NCBI GenBank assembly: GCA_947630305.1 | Contig: CANRHC010000003.1 | Span: 1-52,705, forward strand | DNA length: 52,705 bases | Direction: 5' to 3' | Source: an uncultured Bacilli bacterium | GTDB taxonomy: Bacteria > Bacillota_I > Bacilli_A > RF39 > UBA660 | Position numbers and translations under genes: made by a program | In this document: in pieces, positions 19,215 to 29,641 of the stretch | How positions within the stretch are numbered: position 1 is the first letter of the stretch | How the letters are laid out: each line of letters opens with the position of its first letter | Notes under the pieces: generated by a model | What the model was told of the DNA's origin: nothing | The model's input: the letters and a program-made list of their open reading frames with translations, nothing else | The model's database searches: none

Positions 19215-19546
19215 AATGTTGTTTTTCCTTCTAGATAAGTAAATTGTGGAAAATTACCAAAATCACCAACGTTAATATCACATAGAATACTTTGAATATC
19301 TAAAGGATCATTAAGTACATAACATTTACATCTTAAAGCGGTTAGCTTCTTTAATTCCTGTTTTTGTGTTTTTCTCAACTTACCTGTATGAGGTTTTTTA
19401 ATTTCTATAAAACCTATTTTATTTCCTGGTAAAATTACAATCCTGTCAGGTACCCCAACACACCCAGGACTTACAAACTTATAGGCTCTGCCACCTCTAT
19501 TTTTAACCGCCTGAACAAGCTTTTCTTCTAGTCTTTTTTCTGTCAT
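19211..19546 (-). CDS. VRR-NUC domain nuclease
   Basis: KFVSPG..GVPDRIV...FIEIK. Confidence 0.9.
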   Translation of the reverse strand: MTEKRLEEKLVQAVKNRGGRAYKFVSPGCVGVPDRIVILPGNKIGFIEIKKPHTGKLRKTQKQELKKLTALRCKCYVLNDPLDIQSILCDINVGDFGNFPQFTYLEGKTTL

Positions 19547-19567
19547 AACATACTTTTAAAAAGTAGC

Positions 19568-19873
19568 TGTCCACAAAATAAACATGTACACAATGGCTGT
19601 AACATTGAAGTGGAAATAATTATAAAGAAATTAAATATAGCCTTTTATTACCGTTTTTCTCTTGTTTTCTCTATTATTCTTTCTCTATATATTTCTTTTA
19701 TTTTTAATGTTGACTTTGTGGACAACTTTAACTTCTTTAGGTTTTATCAACGTTTTACCGTCAACAAACTAAAATTTTCTTGTGTACATTTTTGTTGTCA
19801 ATGTGGACATAAAACTTTTAAATTTATTGTGTACTTTGTGTACGTGTCCACAACTTAATTTAGTTTGTGGACA
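19568..19873. repeat. Iteron-like cluster, candidate replication origin
   Basis: About 12 copies of TGTGGAC/TGTGTAC/TGTTGAC in both orientations around an AT-rich tract, directly downstream of the primase/helicase. Confidence 0.65.
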
Positions 19874-22271
19874 TCAATTCATAGAATTCAGGTTCGATAT
19901 AGTAACCTCTAGCTCTACCATATTCATTACCAAAACGTATAGAATTTTTTGACTTTTTAAGCCCTGGTATTGAATCTAGAAGCCTATTAATATCACCAGC
20001 TGTCCTTCTATTCATTGAAGCTTTTGTATAGCCGAACAATTCACAATTTACTTCTGAAGCGCAAATTCTATCCCTTTTAACAAGTTCTTCATCTATTGCT
20101 TCAGGATTATCTAAGAACATTCTTCTAGCTTCAATTGACATTTCAGCCCAATTTTTGGGTACTTCTTGAAGAAGAAATTCAATAATCATATCTTTTCTAG
20201 GATCTTCTTCAAGACGGCTATCCTGTTCAACTTTAGCTATTTTTTCAGCTTCAGGAGATAGTCTTAGTTCTTGGCCTAATAGATAGAAACTATAAGCTTC
20301 AGCCCATATTTGATCCACTTCATTAGGTAAATCATCCCAAACACTTTTAGTTATTCTTTCAGGGTAACTTTGTACTGGTAAAAATCTTCTATTACCTGTT
20401 AAATCTCTTAAGAAAGTTGACTCATTAGTAGTACCAAAAAATATACATTGTCTTTTATGTGCTTCTTTTCTTCTAGCGTAAGGTGCTCTATATTCATCAA
20501 CCTGTTTAGAAAGAAACTGTTTTATAGCGTCCATTTCAGCTTTTCTAAAACCGTTTAATTCTCCTATTTCTATAATCAGGTTACCGTTTAGAAGTTCCAT
20601 AGCATCCTTACCAGTAAATTCTGTTAAACTGTCAGAAAACCAATCTTTACCTAAAGTAGCTAAGAAGGTTGATTTACCAATTCCTTGCGAACCAACAATA
20701 ATAGGCATATTGTCAAATTTAGTTCCTGGTTTATAGATTCTAGTAACAGCGGCTGTTAAGGCTATCTTCATTACCTCTCTTGTGTAAACATTATCTTCAG
20801 CCCCAAAATAATCTATTAAAAGTGTTTCTACTCTTGGTTTACCGTCCCACTCTAAACTTTCAAAATATTCTCTAACAGGATGAACCGATCTTTTTTGAAA
20901 GCTTAAATTTAGAGCGTCTAACATCTTTTGAAGTCCTGTTATTTTGTAATACTTTTCTAAGTACCAGCGTAAACCGCCATCATCAGTATCAGTCCAGCCA
21001 CGTGGACATTCTTCAATTTCATTAGTAACCCACGGTAATTTACCAGTAACTACTATCCAATCACTGAATATATCATTGTAGAATTCTTTTAAATTAGGAT
21101 CTGAATTCAGAATAAGAAGCATATTATCTATAGTTGATTCATTTTCACCTTTAGCGTTTTTAGAAAGCTTTTCTAAAATATCTTTTAAAGTTGTTTTATC
21201 TTCTTCAGTAATTTCTACAGGTTCTTGATTATCTTCTTCTACCAGTTCTATAAAGTCCTTAAAATCTTCTTCTAAAGTAAGTTTCTGAACTCTTTCATCT
21301 TGAGCCGCAAAAGAAGTCATTTCTTTAACACTTTGTTTAGTATCACCGTATTTGTGAATTCTAACTAAATCAAAAGCGTTACAAACATGCCCTGTATTAG
21401 CAGGATCTGTAGCATGGTGTGAATATAAGAATTTATCTTCATAAATTACAGCCCCACCAGCTGTAGAACCTTTTAAGTAGGTGTATCTATCTTCAGTAAC
21501 TGGTTCATAGATTGAAGGTAAAAAAGTAGCTATAGCTTCTTGAATTGTATATGCTTCACAAAATTTACCTATTATACCTTCTTTAGTAAGTGGATCTTGT
21601 TGAACCGATACATCACGCTGAATATTTTCTTCTTCATTAGGGAACCTATCCCATTCTGTTTGATCTCGCCAGTTATGATAATTTTGGTTTAAGAAAGCCA
21701 TACCGTCTAAAGGTTTAGCGTCAAACAAATTTCTTGAAGAAAAGAATTCATCAGCCATATCTGAACTAACTGAAGGGAAATACATTAATCTATTTGTTTC
21801 AACTGTTGTAGGATCAAAATAAGACATACCTAAATCAAAACAAACTTTTCTTGCTATTGGTTCATAAGCTTCAGGATTAATCGGCTCTTTAAAGGGTATT
21901 AATATCCTTATACGAGGAGCTTCATTAGTATGCTTCCTTGTTGTATAAGTTATGAACTCAATGTTACTTTGATTCAGCTTGTCTAAAAGCCCCTCAAGAT
22001 TAGCTGAATTCCCCAAATAATCGGCGTCTAGTGCTAGAAGGGAACGATTAATCACGTTCTCCTTCTTTCTAGAACCGTTTTTTAGTTCACCACCAACAAA
22101 ACCACCTACATCTTTAATATCATCCTGTTCATCCTTACTTAAAGAAAGATAAGTATTGAAAGTTTCACTAGTTACTATAGGATTACTAACTCTATCGAAT
22201 AATTCAGAAAAACTTAATTCTGTTTTTTTCCAATAATTTGTCCGCCTATTCCCCCCTATGCTAACTTTCAT
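19860..22271 (-). CDS. Primase-helicase, VirE/VapE family
   Basis: KDVGGFVGG, DAD, RLMYFPS; Walker A GSQGIGKST, YRAPY, DLTGNRRF. Confidence 0.92.
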   Translation of the reverse strand: MKVSIGGNRRTNYWKKTELSFSELFDRVSNPIVTSETFNTYLSLSKDEQDDIKDVGGFVGGELKNGSRKKENVINRSLLALDADYLGNSANLEGLLDKLNQSNIEFITYTTRKHTNEAPRIRILIPFKEPINPEAYEPIARKVCFDLGMSYFDPTTVETNRLMYFPSVSSDMADEFFSSRNLFDAKPLDGMAFLNQNYHNWRDQTEWDRFPNEEENIQRDVSVQQDPLTKEGIIGKFCEAYTIQEAIATFLPSIYEPVTEDRYTYLKGSTAGGAVIYEDKFLYSHHATDPANTGHVCNAFDLVRIHKYGDTKQSVKEMTSFAAQDERVQKLTLEEDFKDFIELVEEDNQEPVEITEEDKTTLKDILEKLSKNAKGENESTIDNMLLILNSDPNLKEFYNDIFSDWIVVTGKLPWVTNEIEECPRGWTDTDDGGLRWYLEKYYKITGLQKMLDALNLSFQKRSVHPVREYFESLEWDGKPRVETLLIDYFGAEDNVYTREVMKIALTAAVTRIYKPGTKFDNMPIIVGSQGIGKSTFLATLGKDWFSDSLTEFTGKDAMELLNGNLIIEIGELNGFRKAEMDAIKQFLSKQVDEYRAPYARRKEAHKRQCIFFGTTNESTFLRDLTGNRRFLPVQSYPERITKSVWDDLPNEVDQIWAEAYSFYLLGQELRLSPEAEKIAKVEQDSRLEEDPRKDMIIEFLLQEVPKNWAEMSIEARRMFLDNPEAIDEELVKRDRICASEVNCELFGYTKASMNRRTAGDINRLLDSIPGLKKSKNSIRFGNEYGRARGYYIEPEFYELMSTN

Positions 22272-22292
22272 ACAGTTATCCCTTCTTCAATG

Positions 22293-22856
22293 TTAGAAGT
22301 CGCAACGCTTTTCGTAAAATTCAGGATCAACTAAATTACTGTTACCTTCTGAAATATCTACTAGAGTTGTTTCAACATCTACTTTATTAAAATCTTTATT
22401 TCTTTTATCTTTAATAAACCATGCTTCTTTTAAGCCTTTACTGTCCTGATAGTGTCCGTTATAAATTTTTTCAGCTTCAGAATCAGCTTGTAAAAAAATT
22501 ATTTGGCATATTTCTTTAATTCTTCTTAATTCAAAAGCACTATCACCAAAATTAACCGCTAATAAGGTTAATTGTCCTTTATAACCAGCATCCACCCAGC
22601 CACCAACATCACCGATAGAAACACCACATCTAGCAAAAGAGCTTTTAGAAATTGTTTTAGCAACTACATTAGCTGGTAAATTAACTGTTTCTTTAGTAAC
22701 AATTAATTTAGATTCACCAGGCATTAATTCTAAATTTTTATCATCTTCAGCTAGACTTAAATCATAGCTGTTTGAAGATAAATTCTTTTCATTAAAAGGT
22801 GTTATCAGGTTTTTTTCTTCAACCAGTTTTTTTATTGTTTTATCGCTTAATACCAT
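22293..22856 (-). CDS. dcd: dCTP deaminase/dUTPase-family protein
   Basis: VLSD..I, NSYDL, KSSFARCG, WVDAGYKGQLTL, ICQIIF, YNGHYQ. Confidence 0.8.
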   Translation of the reverse strand: MVLSDKTIKKLVEEKNLITPFNEKNLSSNSYDLSLAEDDKNLELMPGESKLIVTKETVNLPANVVAKTISKSSFARCGVSIGDVGGWVDAGYKGQLTLLAVNFGDSAFELRRIKEICQIIFLQADSEAEKIYNGHYQDSKGLKEAWFIKDKRNKDFNKVDVETTLVDISEGNSNLVDPEFYEKRCDF

Positions 22857-23208
22857 CTAAAATCCCTTCTAGTGCTTCTTTTTGAATATATAGAAGTTGA
22901 TTATCTTTATATTCAAATATTTCTTTTTCCTGTTTTACAGCTTCTTCAAATTCATCTATACATTCAGTTGAATTTTTCCAATCACCAGTTAGAAGAACAG
23001 CCCCACATTTTTTAAATAGTTTTTGTTTCATCTTAAGGGCTTTTCTTAAATTCATAGTTTCTTGAATTCTTTTAAAAGGTCTAACCAAAGAAAAGCTACA
23101 TTTTTGTTCTTCTAATTCATTAACTATTCTTTCTTCATCAGCCTTATTTTCTTCAATGGTATTATCACCAGTTTTATAAGGATGAATTAAATAAGTTTTA
23201 GCTATCAT
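22840..23208 (-). CDS. DUF4406/DUF1937-like protein (nucleoside deoxyribosyltransferase fold)
   Basis: YLIHPY...CGAVLLTGDWKNSTECIDE pattern. Confidence 0.55.
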   Translation of the reverse strand: MIAKTYLIHPYKTGDNTIEENKADEERIVNELEEQKCSFSLVRPFKRIQETMNLRKALKMKQKLFKKCGAVLLTGDWKNSTECIDEFEEAVKQEKEIFEYKDNQLLYIQKEALEGILDGIKR

Positions 23209-23414
23209 TCTTCTCCGTTAATATATCTAATTTCATTAGCGAAATAACTATAGGCTTCTAGCAATTGTTCTATAGATTCTTTAAAATCATCAAGGCTACT
23301 TGGTCTTTCTTTTTCAAAATCTATATCAATACTTCGCCAGTCTATAAAAAGTTTTTGAAAGAGATTATCTATATCTCCGATTTCATCACAGTATTCTTGG
23401 TTCCATTCACTCAT
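23205..23414 (-). CDS. Hypothetical protein
   Basis: Coupled ORF. Confidence 0.5.
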   Translation of the reverse strand: MSEWNQEYCDEIGDIDNLFQKLFIDWRSIDIDFEKERPSSLDDFKESIEQLLEAYSYFANEIRYINGEE

Positions 23415-23664
23415 TAATTACTTTTGCTGGTACTTCTTCTAAGAAGTTCACCATTACCTTAAATTTTTCTTTTATATCTTCAGATAAACAAGAATTTACA
23501 TATTCAAGAACTTCTTGTTCACTTTCACCGTACATATCATATTTACAGCCAATAGGATTTTTACCTGAAAACATATAATTAGGTGGATAGCCACCAGCAT
23601 TACGACCTGTAAAATTCTTATCAAATATATAAACTCTAAATAATTTAGTAAATTCTTTCTTCAT
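23407..23664 (-). CDS. Hypothetical protein
   Basis: Coupled ORF. Confidence 0.5.
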   Translation of the reverse strand: MKKEFTKLFRVYIFDKNFTGRNAGGYPPNYMFSGKNPIGCKYDMYGESEQEVLEYVNSCLSEDIKEKFKVMVNFLEEVPAKVINE

Positions 23665-23867
23665 TACTGAATTGTTATATCTATTAAATTTTTAGGATTA
23701 CCATGATCTTTATTAATCCAGTCTGCATTCCAGCGTTCAAATTGTTCTTGAGCTATTTGTTTAGCTTCTTCTTCAGTATGTGCTATTACTGGTATAGTGT
23801 TAGTACATTCTGTAGTGTATCTACAAACAGCTCTAAAATATTTTGGTTTTTCTATATCGTTTTTCAT
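23664..23867 (-). CDS. Hypothetical protein
   Basis: Coupled ORF. Confidence 0.5.
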   Translation of the reverse strand: MKNDIEKPKYFRAVCRYTTECTNTIPVIAHTEEEAKQIAQEQFERWNADWINKDHGNPKNLIDITIQ

Positions 23868-23885
23868 TTAATTTCCTTTTGAAAG

Positions 23886-24425
23886 TTAATAATCAAATAA
23901 ACATTCACCATCTTCAGTAGGACAACTAAAACAACCGTTGTGTTTATCTTTACAAACTTTTATTTTCTTATCCCAATATCGTCTTTGATCTGCTAAACGT
24001 TTTTCTTCTTTATGCGCTTTTCGATAAGCTGATATTTCTTCTTGGTGTGAAAGATAATATTTCTTACTGTAATTTCTAGCGTACTCACAGCGTTTTTCTC
24101 TATGTTTGAGATAGTTTCTCCTGTTAGATTTTTTAACTTCTTCAGGATGATCTTTTCTCCATAGTCTTTGCCTTTTAGTGAGTTCTTGACGGTGTTTTTT
24201 ATTCCATTGTTTAACATGTTCAGCATGAGCTTTTTTTCTACATTTATCACTACAGTATTTAGCTCTACTTGAACTAGGATGAAATTTTTCACCACAAACT
24301 TCACACTTTATTAAACGTGAATTTTTTTCTTCTATAAAAGCTTTATAACATTCATCACAGCAAAACCGCCACCAGTAAAGATTAGTTTCGTATTCTTTAC
24401 CACACCAATCACATTTTCTAATCAT
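23886..24425 (-). CDS. Cys-rich basic Zn-finger protein
   Basis: Two CxxCG...(F/Y)CxxxC modules and a K/R-rich helix. Confidence 0.6.
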   Translation of the reverse strand: MIRKCDWCGKEYETNLYWWRFCCDECYKAFIEEKNSRLIKCEVCGEKFHPSSSRAKYCSDKCRKKAHAEHVKQWNKKHRQELTKRQRLWRKDHPEEVKKSNRRNYLKHREKRCEYARNYSKKYYLSHQEEISAYRKAHKEEKRLADQRRYWDKKIKVCKDKHNGCFSCPTEDGECLFDY

Positions 24426-24433
24426 TTTGATTA

Positions 24434-25300
24434 CTATCTTTTTATTTCTTCATCTTCTAAAGAAAACAGAATTTCATCAGAATCATTTATAACTACATTA
24501 GAATTTTTCAGTCTAATAACACCATCAGCTAAAGCAAAATCAATTAAATAAGGAATGTTCTTTAGCCAGTAATTTATTAAATTTCTCCATTCAGGTAATT
24601 TATGATGAATTCTTTGAGCTATAATTGTTAGAACTACTTCATAATTAGCGGACCATGTTCTTTTTTGGTTATAAGATTGCGGTAATAACTCATTAAGTAA
24701 ATACCAGTAATTCATATCTTTTGTTTTAAGGTATTTCTCTCTTAATATATTGAGTAACCCTAAAAAGTAGTATTCAAAATATTCATATAAATCAATAAAA
24801 CCATCATCTAGAACTAACCCATCAAAATCATAATCTGATGAAACAAACCAATTATTCTTTTCAGAATCTACAGAATTAATAAATTCTGTACTAAAATCTT
24901 CAAGCTTAAAAGGATATTTAGTTAAAGTGTGCATAGTACTTTCAGAATTAGCTGTAGTACCAACCTTGTAGGTATCAAGCTGTTTCCAAAAGTAAAGCGG
25001 AGCTGTTATATTCATAATTAGCGGTAATTGTCTTAAAAACTTTCTATGTGAAGGGCTATCACCACTAACTAGGTTATTGGCTAATTTTTCATCCTTTTCA
25101 CCTAAAATGAAACATTCAGTTTGTGGTGTACATTCTTTTCCACAGCCAAAACAATACCGAATTGAATTTTTATCAACTGTTTCACCCTTACAAATTTCAC
25201 TATCAGTCCTATCATAAGATTTAAAGGCGTTTCTCATACCGCCTATAACAACATTAAACTGTTCAGGTGAAGGTGTTTCCAAATTATCTATTTTTATCAT
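24434..25300 (-). CDS. ThyX-like (flavin-dependent thymidylate synthase-like) protein
   Basis: SHRKFLR, APLYFWKQLDTYKVG, NSESTMH, LLPQSY, QR.HHKLPEW, typical of phage ThyX-like proteins. Confidence 0.6.
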   Translation of the reverse strand: MIKIDNLETPSPEQFNVVIGGMRNAFKSYDRTDSEICKGETVDKNSIRYCFGCGKECTPQTECFILGEKDEKLANNLVSGDSPSHRKFLRQLPLIMNITAPLYFWKQLDTYKVGTTANSESTMHTLTKYPFKLEDFSTEFINSVDSEKNNWFVSSDYDFDGLVLDDGFIDLYEYFEYYFLGLLNILREKYLKTKDMNYWYLLNELLPQSYNQKRTWSANYEVVLTIIAQRIHHKLPEWRNLINYWLKNIPYLIDFALADGVIRLKNSNVVINDSDEILFSLEDEEIKR

Positions 25301-25304
25301 TCTT

Positions 25305-27293
25305 CTAATCTTTCATATAAAAATTGCTGGTAAAACCAGCGGCATTTAATGGTAAACCTTTAGCCCATTCTGTTTCTTCACACATAATTGAAATAGCCCT
25401 GTTTAGTTCTTCTTCAGCTATATCAGAATCGACTTCTAGAATAGCTTCATCATGAACGTGAAACTTTATAGTAAAACCAGCTTTATCAAGTCTTAATAAA
25501 GCTTCAGATAAACAATCTCTAGCAATAGCCTGAACTATGTTTTCTACCATTTTTCCACCGTACATATAGATTACTTCTACTTTGTGGCTTGTCTGATTTA
25601 ACCCTTCATATTCAAAAGAATCTCTACCAAAAGGATTAATTCCTAATTTTGCTTTAGGGTAATAGAGCTTTCTTCCTGAAGGTAAAGTTACAATTAAAGT
25701 ATTATTTTCAGCTTTAAAAGTTACTTTATTGTTAACTGTAATTTCAGTACCAGGTGTTTTAATAGCTTCAATAGAAGCTGTTTCACATTTATTCCATAAA
25801 CTAACTATCTGTTTACTTTTATCACGCCATTGTTTAACAATTTTAGGTCTATCATCTTCAGGAATAGCATTATTAAAATCCATACGTGCTATAGCATTAG
25901 CACCACCCTGATAGCCTAAAGCAAGTTCAGCTACTTTACCTTGAGCTCTTAAATTGTGTTCAGGAGCTTTTTTATCTAGAATTTTTTCAAGTGGTATATC
26001 AAACATTTGACTAGCTGAAACACAATAAATATCCTGATTGTTAATAAACGCCTGAATCCGCCAGTTTTCACCACTTAACCAAGCTATTACTCTAGCTTCA
26101 ATAGCTGAATAATCGGCTACAGCAAAAGTTTTACCAGGACTAGGTATAAATACAGTTCTTATTAATTGTGAAGCTATATCACTTAAGTTATCTCCGTAAA
26201 TAAGCTTTAGGCCTTCAAAATTTCTTGATTTAAGAAGTTCACGAGCGCAAGAAATAGAACTGATATAGTTTCTTGGTAAATTCTGAACTTGAACACCTCT
26301 ACCAGCCCATCTACCAGTTCTAGAACCGTAAAATTGAAGCATTCCTCTTATACGGTTATCATTACATACCATTCTGTTTAAGGACTTATATTTAGCTAAA
26401 CTGGTTTTATTAAATTCTTGTCTTAGCTGAAGAACCGCTACAGCTTCAGGTAAATTATTATCTTCACATTCTTTTATCAGTTCAGGTACAGTTTCTTTTC
26501 TAATACTTTTAACTTCATAGCCTAATTGACTAGAAAGCCATTTAGTTATTTGAACGTTGCTTTTAGGATTTTCAATTCCTGAAAGAATTGTTATTTCATT
26601 CTTTAATCTTTTTTTTTCTTCATTGTCTAAATCTAAAGCCGCTTGAACTAAATCAGTATCTATAAGAACGCCTGAACTCATTATTTTGTGATCTAACAAG
26701 AAAGCCTGTTTTTCTTTTTGTGGTATTTCAATGTTTTTTAACTTTTCTCTTATAGTGGCTTCTACAACTACGTCTTGTCTGTTGTATTCAATAAACTTAG
26801 CCCAAGCTTCAGGATCATCTTGAGGTTTAACTCTAGTTCTTTTATCTTTAGCTGTAGGTTTTCTAGGTTTACTGAATCTGTTTATTAATTGAGTTCCTGT
26901 TCTATCTTTTTGAGCTTCAACAGGTAAATCTAATAATTCAGCTGTAGTTTTCAGGCTTCCCCCATAACCAGCATAAGAACTAAGAAACATTGTGTCCTCC
27001 CATTGTTCAGCTGGTATAATCGGTTTATTAATAGATTGTAAATATCTGTTAATACATACCATTTCAAAAGAAGCGTTATATGCACTTTTTGTTACCTTAC
27101 TGTCATATAACGCTTCTAAGATATTTGGAGGTATTTTAGAGCCTGAAGCTAGATCAATAACTTCAACTGGTTGATTACCTAACTTATAAGCAAAAAGCAA
27201 AATTTCAAAATCATCACTTTCAGCATATTTATATAAACCTTCTTGTTTTAGATCAACGCTTGAAAAGGTTTCTATATCAATACTTAAGTTCAT
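25305..27293 (-). CDS. Family A DNA polymerase
   Basis: Exo DIET/YNASFE; RTGRWAG, DYSAIEAR, GKVAELALGY, HVHDE. Confidence 0.95.
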   Translation of the reverse strand: MNLSIDIETFSSVDLKQEGLYKYAESDDFEILLFAYKLGNQPVEVIDLASGSKIPPNILEALYDSKVTKSAYNASFEMVCINRYLQSINKPIIPAEQWEDTMFLSSYAGYGGSLKTTAELLDLPVEAQKDRTGTQLINRFSKPRKPTAKDKRTRVKPQDDPEAWAKFIEYNRQDVVVEATIREKLKNIEIPQKEKQAFLLDHKIMSSGVLIDTDLVQAALDLDNEEKKRLKNEITILSGIENPKSNVQITKWLSSQLGYEVKSIRKETVPELIKECEDNNLPEAVAVLQLRQEFNKTSLAKYKSLNRMVCNDNRIRGMLQFYGSRTGRWAGRGVQVQNLPRNYISSISCARELLKSRNFEGLKLIYGDNLSDIASQLIRTVFIPSPGKTFAVADYSAIEARVIAWLSGENWRIQAFINNQDIYCVSASQMFDIPLEKILDKKAPEHNLRAQGKVAELALGYQGGANAIARMDFNNAIPEDDRPKIVKQWRDKSKQIVSLWNKCETASIEAIKTPGTEITVNNKVTFKAENNTLIVTLPSGRKLYYPKAKLGINPFGRDSFEYEGLNQTSHKVEVIYMYGGKMVENIVQAIARDCLSEALLRLDKAGFTIKFHVHDEAILEVDSDIAEEELNRAISIMCEETEWAKGLPLNAAGFTSNFYMKD

Positions 27294-27302
27294 GGTTATT
27301 AA

Positions 27303-27926
27303 TTAAAAAGGAACATCTTCACCATCAAAATCACTTGAAGTTGGTGTAACAGGTTCACCAGTTAAAGGATCAATTTCAGGTTCATCAAACTCAATATTTG
27401 TAGTATCTACATCTTTAAAATCTTCTTCAGGAGTTGAAGCACCAGCTAAACTTTCACCGTCTTTAGTTTTCCAAACACTATTAAGATAAGTACCAATACC
27501 CTTTTTTCCATAGTCATAGGCTTTAAAGGTTACATTGATAAAACCATAATCACCGCTCTTTACTTCTTCAGGGCTTCCCTTGTGTCTATCTTCACCAACA
27601 ATAACGCCTGGTTGTCTGTTTTTATTGTTAGAATTTAAACACCAATGTCCTTCTTCTTCAGGTCTACCACTCTTATCACCATCATGAATAGTTACAGATA
27701 AATCTTCAGGCATAGTACCACCCCATAATTTTGATTTACCTTCTTCTTTAGCCCTGTTAATATCAGCTTGAATTTTTTCAACTAAAGCTTTATTTTCTTT
27801 TGGTATTAAAGCTCTTAAGCTATATTGCGGATCATTATTATTGAATTGTGTTTTTTCAAACACGTTAACAAAACTTAAACGTACAGGACCATAACTGTTT
27901 TTAATTCCTTGTAATTTATTAGGCAT
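27303..27926 (-). CDS. ssDNA-binding protein (DUF2815, gp2.5-like)
   Basis: VRLSF.NVFE, DGD, SGDYG, acidic tail ending VPF. Confidence 0.85.
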   Translation of the reverse strand: MPNKLQGIKNSYGPVRLSFVNVFEKTQFNNNDPQYSLRALIPKENKALVEKIQADINRAKEEGKSKLWGGTMPEDLSVTIHDGDKSGRPEEEGHWCLNSNNKNRQPGVIVGEDRHKGSPEEVKSGDYGFINVTFKAYDYGKKGIGTYLNSVWKTKDGESLAGASTPEEDFKDVDTTNIEFDEPEIDPLTGEPVTPTSSDFDGEDVPF

Positions 27927-27943
27927 TTCTATCTCCTTTATTT

Positions 27944-29089
27944 CTAGTTAAACTTAATTTCTTTAAAATCTTCTAAAGCCGTATTGAAGTTACCTAGAGC
28001 TTCTCTAGGATCTTCTTCAGGAACTAAAGTTGGTTTTCCAGGCGGTTTTTCAACATAATCTGAAAGAAGCTGATTAAATGTTTTTTTCCCCATTAGTGAT
28101 TCTATTTTTGCTAGTGATAGTGGCTTTTGTTCAAATAGAATTGAACGATCATACCCATTAGCTTGAGCCACTTCAAAAGCTTCTTCTTGATTAGTCCATC
28201 TTCTTGTACTTCTACCAGCAACCGCTTTATAACCAGGAAAACTTTCACCATCTAAAACATGAGCTAAAGCATAATCCATTAAATCTTTTAAATAACCATC
28301 TAATCCTGAAAGCTTTTTAATTCTTTGTGCTATTTCTTCATTACTTAGAAGGTTAGGATTTTCAGGTGTAAGATCAATATCATAGCGTTTACCGTATTCT
28401 CTACAGATTGTTTTAGCCCTACAAAATTTACACCAGCTACCTGATTTAATTTCTAAAGAGTTTTTAATAGCTTTATTAGCTTGTGGTTTTACAACATCTT
28501 CAAGCCACTTATATAGTTCAGCTTTTGTTGTATTCATTTGGCTGAAGTTATTCATTCTAGGTTGAACTATATGAATAGTAACTTCTTCTATGTTGTAAAT
28601 TAGCCCGTCAAGAAGTTTACAAGCCCCTAAAGCATAAATCTTTAATTGCGGATTATCTTGAGCTTCAACTGCAACATTTTTACCGTATTTAAGATCCACT
28701 ACATGTAAATGGTTATCTTCAACTACAATACAGTCCGCTATACCGCCAGTATCAGGAGCTATAAAACTTAAATCTAAATGAGTTTCTGTAAGAACCGTTG
28801 TTTCATTGGACCGTATTAAAGAACGAATATATTCAACATATTCATCCGTATAGTCCTCCATATCAGCGTTGTAATATTCTGAAGTAGTTACTTTATCTAC
28901 TTCTTTAGCTAATAATTCTTCTTGAAGTATTTGGTTTCTTATTTTTAACTCACCTAGTTTATGAGCTACAGTACCTTCAGCGGCGTAAATACTGGTTGTA
29001 TCAGGAAAATGTTCACTCATTTCAACCGAGGCGGGACAATTAATCCAGCGTTCAGCCGCTGAAGGTGCTAATCTACTATGTGTTGCCAT
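27944..29089 (-). CDS. Cas4-like/PD-(D/E)XK nuclease (DUF2800)
   Basis: HSRLAPSAAERWINCP, DLKYG, NPQLKIYALG, WCKFC....C. Confidence 0.88.
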   Translation of the reverse strand: MATHSRLAPSAAERWINCPASVEMSEHFPDTTSIYAAEGTVAHKLGELKIRNQILQEELLAKEVDKVTTSEYYNADMEDYTDEYVEYIRSLIRSNETTVLTETHLDLSFIAPDTGGIADCIVVEDNHLHVVDLKYGKNVAVEAQDNPQLKIYALGACKLLDGLIYNIEEVTIHIVQPRMNNFSQMNTTKAELYKWLEDVVKPQANKAIKNSLEIKSGSWCKFCRAKTICREYGKRYDIDLTPENPNLLSNEEIAQRIKKLSGLDGYLKDLMDYALAHVLDGESFPGYKAVAGRSTRRWTNQEEAFEVAQANGYDRSILFEQKPLSLAKIESLMGKKTFNQLLSDYVEKPPGKPTLVPEEDPREALGNFNTALEDFKEIKFN

Positions 29090-29618
29090 TTAAAACACCT
29101 TTAATTTTTTCTATAGCCGCTTCATAGTGGCTTTTATTTAGTTCAGGAACGCTTTTAGCCCCAAAACTATCAAGAATCTTAATTAACTCTTTAGATTTAC
29201 CACTATTAACTAAATCAGTAGCTAATTGGTGTAAATTATCTTCAAGATTAATAACAGGTTTTTTAGCTGGTTCAGGCGGTTTATCTAAATGAAGTTCTTC
29301 ATCAGCTGGTTGACTTGTTTCAGTTTCAGCTGGTTTAGAATTTGAATCAGTTTCTTCATTTAAAGCTTCTTGAACAATAGCCTGAACTTCAGGTAATTCA
29401 TCTTTATCACTTTCTAAAGCTACTTTAGTTTTAGTATCTTGAAGATTTTTATCATAGGTATCTATAGCTGAATCTAGGTTTTCACCATGATTAACAAGGT
29501 ATTCCACCACACCAAATTTTCTTTCAGCTTCTACCATTTCTTGAAAATTTGGTTCTCCTATCCTGTAACAGATAGAAGTTAATTCATCTAAAGAAGCGTT
29601 TTTTATGATTAAATCCAT
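29076..29618 (-). CDS. Hypothetical protein of the PolA replication module
   Basis: Position upstream of DUF2800; C-terminal IL..FGA..V.EL...Y motif. Confidence 0.6.
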   Translation of the reverse strand: MDLIIKNASLDELTSICYRIGEPNFQEMVEAERKFGVVEYLVNHGENLDSAIDTYDKNLQDTKTKVALESDKDELPEVQAIVQEALNEETDSNSKPAETETSQPADEELHLDKPPEPAKKPVINLEDNLHQLATDLVNSGKSKELIKILDSFGAKSVPELNKSHYEAAIEKIKGVLNGNT

Positions 29619-29641
29619 AATTACCTTTCACGTGATATAAT

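Noticed and set aside
19610-19858. 82-aa plus-strand ORF
   Set aside because: Low-complexity ORF over the iteron cluster, with no RBS.
27944-29089. Cas4-like gene as CRISPR-Cas
   Set aside because: Standard member of the PolA/SSB module; no array or other cas genes seen.
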